Assembly (NCBI GenBank): GCA_013166835.1
Contig: JABLTI010000029.1
Span: forward strand, 1 to 29,578
Origin: Promethearchaeati archaeon
GTDB lineage: Archaea; Asgardarchaeota; Heimdallarchaeia; JABLTI01
Direction of reading: 5' to 3'
Length of the DNA: 29,578 nucleotides
Shown here piece after piece: positions 26,127 to 29,578 of this stretch (within the stretch, counting starts at the first letter, position 1; every line of letters begins with the position of its first letter). The notes below the pieces were generated by a model that saw only the letters and a program-made list of their open reading frames with translations, was not told the origin of the DNA and did not search any database. A program made the translations under genes and the position numbers.

Positions 26127-27242
26127 CTAGTGCTGAAGAATTTTCGTTTTACGTTTTTTCAGCATTTTTTCTCTCTTACTTTCAAGTAAATCTACAAATG
26201 CTTCTAATCTTGTTTGAAATCCCGCTTCTCCTGTATGTTCATCTACTACAAGAGATAAAACTGGCATGCCGCTTTCACGACTCACTTGAGGGAAAATACT
26301 TCTTGATATGATTTCAGGCATACAAGTGAAAGGATAGAGGTGTATTAATCCGTCCCAGCCTTTCTTCTTATAGAGAAAAGCATCTCCAAGATTCTCTTGT
26401 GTTTCACCACCAACTCTATATGGAACATATTTAACACCATAGGCATTTGCTTTTTGGAAATCCATCTTTTTGAACGGATTCAATCTCTGACCAATATCAA
26501 CAAATCTCCTCAAAGTTACAGGAGTCTTCGTAATTACTCCCAACTCATTTAATCGTTTATAGATATCCAAATTCAGTGCAGGTTCTAAAACAACATAGAT
26601 TTCACCATTCACCACAACTTTCAAAGGATTTGCTTTTTTATCCACTTCCACATTTTCAGCAAACATTTTTGTGATAATTTTCGATAATTTTCTTATCTTA
26701 CTCATTTTTCTTGTTGAGACGATTAGCTGGAATGCATCATTAGCGATCCTTTCAGCACTCCCCTTTTCGATTTCAATAGCTCGATATTTAAACAGTAATT
26801 GGTCTGTTAAATCCGTTAAACGATTTTTTACCCATGTTTTTTGTAAAACTCTAATTGTTTGCAATGTATTTAGACCCGTACTTACGTTCTTCAATACTTG
26901 CACAATATCTTTCGTACTTTCATAATCTATTCTTACCCATTTACAATCATAACCCAAATCTTCCAAAATAATCTTTTGAACTTGCCAATAAAAACGAAAG
27001 CGACAATAGCCATGCCCCCCACCCATTCCCAATTCATCAGCTCCACGTTCAAGACTTTCAATAAAAGTACCCAAAGTGAGTTTGAAAGGTGTACAGACAA
27101 ATTCTGGAGAATATCTAGATCCAAGTTGAAATGTTTTCTTACTTGGTTTATTTGGAATAACTAAGTCGTATCTTCCTAAATCATGAAATAATGACACGAA
27201 GACATACTTAAGAGACCCGAAGTGTGGGAACGTGAACGGCAT
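26127..27242 (-). CDS. 2-hydroxyacyl-CoA dehydratase/'CoA protein activase'-related Fe-S protein
   Basis: FTFPHFG, SPEFVCTPFKLTLG, GYCRFRFY, GEIYVVLEP, PFTCMPE and DEHTGEAGFQTRLEAFVDLL. GGAG SD upstream. Confidence 0.85.
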   Translation of the reverse strand: MPFTFPHFGSLKYVFVSLFHDLGRYDLVIPNKPSKKTFQLGSRYSPEFVCTPFKLTLGTFIESLERGADELGMGGGHGYCRFRFYWQVQKIILEDLGYDCKWVRIDYESTKDIVQVLKNVSTGLNTLQTIRVLQKTWVKNRLTDLTDQLLFKYRAIEIEKGSAERIANDAFQLIVSTRKMSKIRKLSKIITKMFAENVEVDKKANPLKVVVNGEIYVVLEPALNLDIYKRLNELGVITKTPVTLRRFVDIGQRLNPFKKMDFQKANAYGVKYVPYRVGGETQENLGDAFLYKKKGWDGLIHLYPFTCMPEIISRSIFPQVSRESGMPVLSLVVDEHTGEAGFQTRLEAFVDLLESKREKMLKKRKTKILQH

Positions 27243-28162
27243 GTTTCTCCTTTCTCCATCTTAACATATCGACAAATGCTTCAATACGAGTTTTCATCCC
27301 TGCTTCTGCAGTTAAATCATCTAAAACTAACTGTAATAGAGGGATGTCTTGTTTTTCTAAAGCAAACCTATTAGCTAATTCTCCTGCTAATGAATCAGGA
27401 CCACAACTAAAGATCATTAAATGAATTATACCATCAACACTTTCATTTTCAAGGAAATACATGATTGTCCCTAAAATCTCTCGTTCAAATTCAAAGTATA
27501 ATCGATTTTCCAATTTGTCTAATTGCTTATCAATTAGTTCTCTTGGCATTTGTTCAGAAGTGATGACGTCTGCACCATATGATTGTAATTTCTTTCGAAT
27601 ATCTAAGGAACAAAAACTATCATTTATTACGTAGGTATGACCGACAAGAGCAATTTTTAGCGTTTTCTCATCTTTTATTTCATCTGGAGGATCGTTAAGA
27701 AGAATAACAGATCGTTCCCACAGATGAAGTGTCTCAAGATCAATGATTAATTTCTTCTTATATTCCTTATCTGCTTTCAAAGCTTTTCTCATGGCTTTTA
27801 TAATTCGGAAGGGATTCTTTGTAAAAACAAAACCAACTTTGAGAACTTCCTTGAAAAAATCAAATTTCGTATGACCATACTTTGCCATATTGAAATGTGG
27901 TGCAATTAATGGAGGTAAATCTGGATACAGAGAACGTAAGACATCAGCTAACTTTATCCTTTAGTTCCATAATATGTCCATGAAGGATTTTAGTTGAATA
28001 ACAATCTTCATCCGGAGCTATTTCAATAGCTACCTCTCTGACATTCTTGGTTGTTTCCGGTGAAACTACCACTGTTGCTCCTAATTCTGTGAAAAACATT
28101 TCCCACATTGTGGCAAATTTGTAATAAATTAATGCTCTAGGTATCCCTACCCGTTTGGACAT
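27208..28162 (-). pseudogene. Acyl-CoA dehydratase activase-related (DUF2229-type) protein, split into ORFs 27944..28162 and 27208..27888
   Basis: N-part VGIPRALIYY...DEDCYSTKILHGH..LKDKV. The +1 frame continues LADVLRSLYPDLPPLIAPHFNMAKY.. to ALVGHTYVIND, FSCGPDS and TAEAGMKTRIEAFVDML. The family segment DY.F.PR...CPKF.G is absent at the junction (about 27950). Could be an assembly error. Confidence 0.85.
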
Positions 28163-28247
28163 TGATTACCCATCCCGACTGTTTCAAGTTTTTTTAACTG
28201 GTATTTTAGTATTTGTTTTGTATTATTTTAGTATTCTTGTGAAAAAA

Positions 28248-28721
28248 TCATTCACTTGGCAGAGATTTCTGAATAAGAATCAACTGCCCTAAGTGATAGG
28301 AATTATGTTGAAGAAGAATCTGCATAATCTTATACTTTTGAACATTACTCCATGAAGGCGTTGGATGGGAGAAATCAAGAGTATCGATTAATTTAGCGAC
28401 AGTTTCCAACCCAGCAAGAAATTGCTTTTTATGAGTATTGAACGTTTTCTCATCACTATCATTCTCCGGAAATGATTTCAGCTCAATATTCTCCTTGAAT
28501 GATGTGTCATCATCTAGTAGTAACATGATAAGTAATTTCTGCCAAAAAATCATGTGATAAAAGATCTCCCAAATAGTGGAAACATTTGGAGCAATACACT
28601 GATTAACAATACTAAATGGAAGCTTCTCGATAGCTTCTTTGGTGTTGAGATGAGTGTCCCCACCAATAAGACCATCTTTCAAATGAAGCCTAAATTCTTT
28701 AAGAAATTCTTCAGAAGTCAT
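28248..28721 (-). CDS. DinB/YfiT-family protein
   Basis: TH, TIWEIFYHMIFWQ and QHNSYHLGQ His motifs. Likely start is ATG 28721 (MTSEEF) rather than TTG 28787. Confidence 0.85.
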   Translation of the reverse strand: MTSEEFLKEFRLHLKDGLIGGDTHLNTKEAIEKLPFSIVNQCIAPNVSTIWEIFYHMIFWQKLLIMLLLDDDTSFKENIELKSFPENDSDEKTFNTHKKQFLAGLETVAKLIDTLDFSHPTPSWSNVQKYKIMQILLQHNSYHLGQLILIQKSLPSE

Positions 28722-28840
28722 TTTACTCGAGACCACTATAATGAAGATAACTAATAAAACCATTTTGTTGTTAAAAACCAAGAGCAATAAGTAGAATTTT
28801 AACTATATATCGTTTTATGATAATATAAGGGTGAACTGTC

Positions 28841-29578
28841 TTGAAGAAAGAGAGATTTTTCACAGGAGTTATACTAATATTTCTTTTAGGATTTATAACT
28901 CAGCAATGGAATTTTGCTAGTGGTTTTGAAAGAGATGAAAACAGACAAACAAATCTAAAGAATTCAATTTTGAATCTTGTTGAACATGCACCAATTCTGA
29001 TCGATTCAAATAATGATTTTGAGACTCTTAATTTCACAGGAGAAGGAACAGAACTAGAACCGTATTTAATTACTAATCTTTTTATAAATTCTTCAGGAGT
29101 AATTAATGGAATTGAAGTTCACAATACAAATGTTCATTTTGAAATAAAGAATTGCACGATTTTAACTGATTATATTGCCATTCTTTTGAGTGCTACAGCT
29201 GCAAGTACAGTGAAAATTATCAATAATACTTGCATATCAAAATTAGGGGATGGAGCAGGAGCTGGAGTAACTGGGACGTATGGTTGTACCATTACTGATA
29301 ATGAATTTGCTTATTTTATGCAAGGGATTCACCTAAACCACGCACATAATAACATCATTGGAAATAATATCATTATAGCGAGTAATTATCAAGGGATAAA
29401 CATACGGTATTCTAATTACAATGAAATAACTTACAATAGAATAGAGAACTCACAACAACACGGATTAGCATTTGTTGGATCCTCACACACAAATGAAATA
29501 CATCACAATACTTTCATCAATAATTCAAAAGCAGAATATTATACTATTGATGGTGAAAGAACAGGGACAATAATGAGT
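28841..29578 (+). CDS. Secreted right-handed parallel beta-helix (NosD/CASH-like) protein, 5' part only
   Basis: TTG start with GGGTGA SD. Hand translation: MKKERFFTGVILIFLLGFI.. signal peptide, then HAPILIDSNNDF..FTGEGTELEPYLITNLFI, GIEVHNTNVHFEIKNC and repeated N-rich rungs (IINNTC, ITDNEF, GIHL..IIGNNI, GINI..ITYNRI). Open to the window end; not in the ORF track. Confidence 0.88.
   Translation, partial: MKKERFFTGVILIFLLGFITQQWNFASGFERDENRQTNLKNSILNLVEHAPILIDSNNDFETLNFTGEGTELEPYLITNLFINSSGVINGIEVHNTNVHFEIKNCTILTDYIAILLSATAASTVKIINNTCISKLGDGAGAGVTGTYGCTITDNEFAYFMQGIHLNHAHNNIIGNNIIIASNYQGINIRYSNYNEITYNRIENSQQHGLAFVGSSHTNEIHHNTFINNSKAEYYTIDGERTGTIMS

Noticed and set aside
27944-27960. UGA read-through or programmed +1 frameshift restoring the DUF2229-type protein
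   Set aside because: In-frame read-through gives non-homologous sequence. A frameshift product would still lack the conserved CPKF segment, and I see no recognisable slippery site.
28722-28787. Hydrophobic signal-like N-terminal extension on the DinB protein
   Set aside because: DinB proteins are cytosolic. ATG 28721 with an upstream GTGGT gives a normal length, and the extension is probably T-rich promoter DNA.
1-29578. tRNA, rRNA, IS element, integrase, prophage or known defence system
   Set aside because: Intergenic gaps are short and AT-rich with no cloverleaf or rRNA-like sequence, and I recognised no transposase, integrase, phage or defence motifs.

Overview
AT-rich, gene-dense chromosomal window with no mobile element, rRNA, tRNA or CRISPR array that I can see. 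The host is probably an archaeon, plausibly Asgard/Heimdallarchaeia-like. This is an inference from TATA-like boxes about 25-35 bp upstream of leaderless ATGs, GGAGGTGA/GGGTGA Shine-Dalgarno sites, a secreted beta-helix protein of a type common in Asgard genomes, and an archaeal GluRS-type N-terminal domain. Contents in order: partial secreted protein preceded by a 5x18-bp tandem repeat; broken class III aminotransferase; NIPSNAP-like protein; DUF1624/HGSNAT-like membrane protein; FtsX-type permease plus two-NBD ABC ATPase; an unannotated 32-aa membrane peptide; 1116-aa GNAT protein; several small membrane proteins; tandem-duplicated UvrA coupled to a QW-repeat alpha/alpha-toroid protein; oligopeptidase B; glutaminyl-tRNA synthetase coupled to a TPR protein; two acyl-CoA dehydratase/activase-related genes (one broken); DinB protein; partial beta-helix protein. 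The most notable items are (1) a bacterial-type GlnRS carrying an archaeal GluRS-like N-terminal domain in an apparently archaeal genome, (2) an asymmetric double UvrA whose halves have lost complementary domains, and (3) two genes broken by apparent ~20-aa deletions with the same GTTA(AT/GC)TGA junction. All family calls come from motif recognition by eye; no database search was run.
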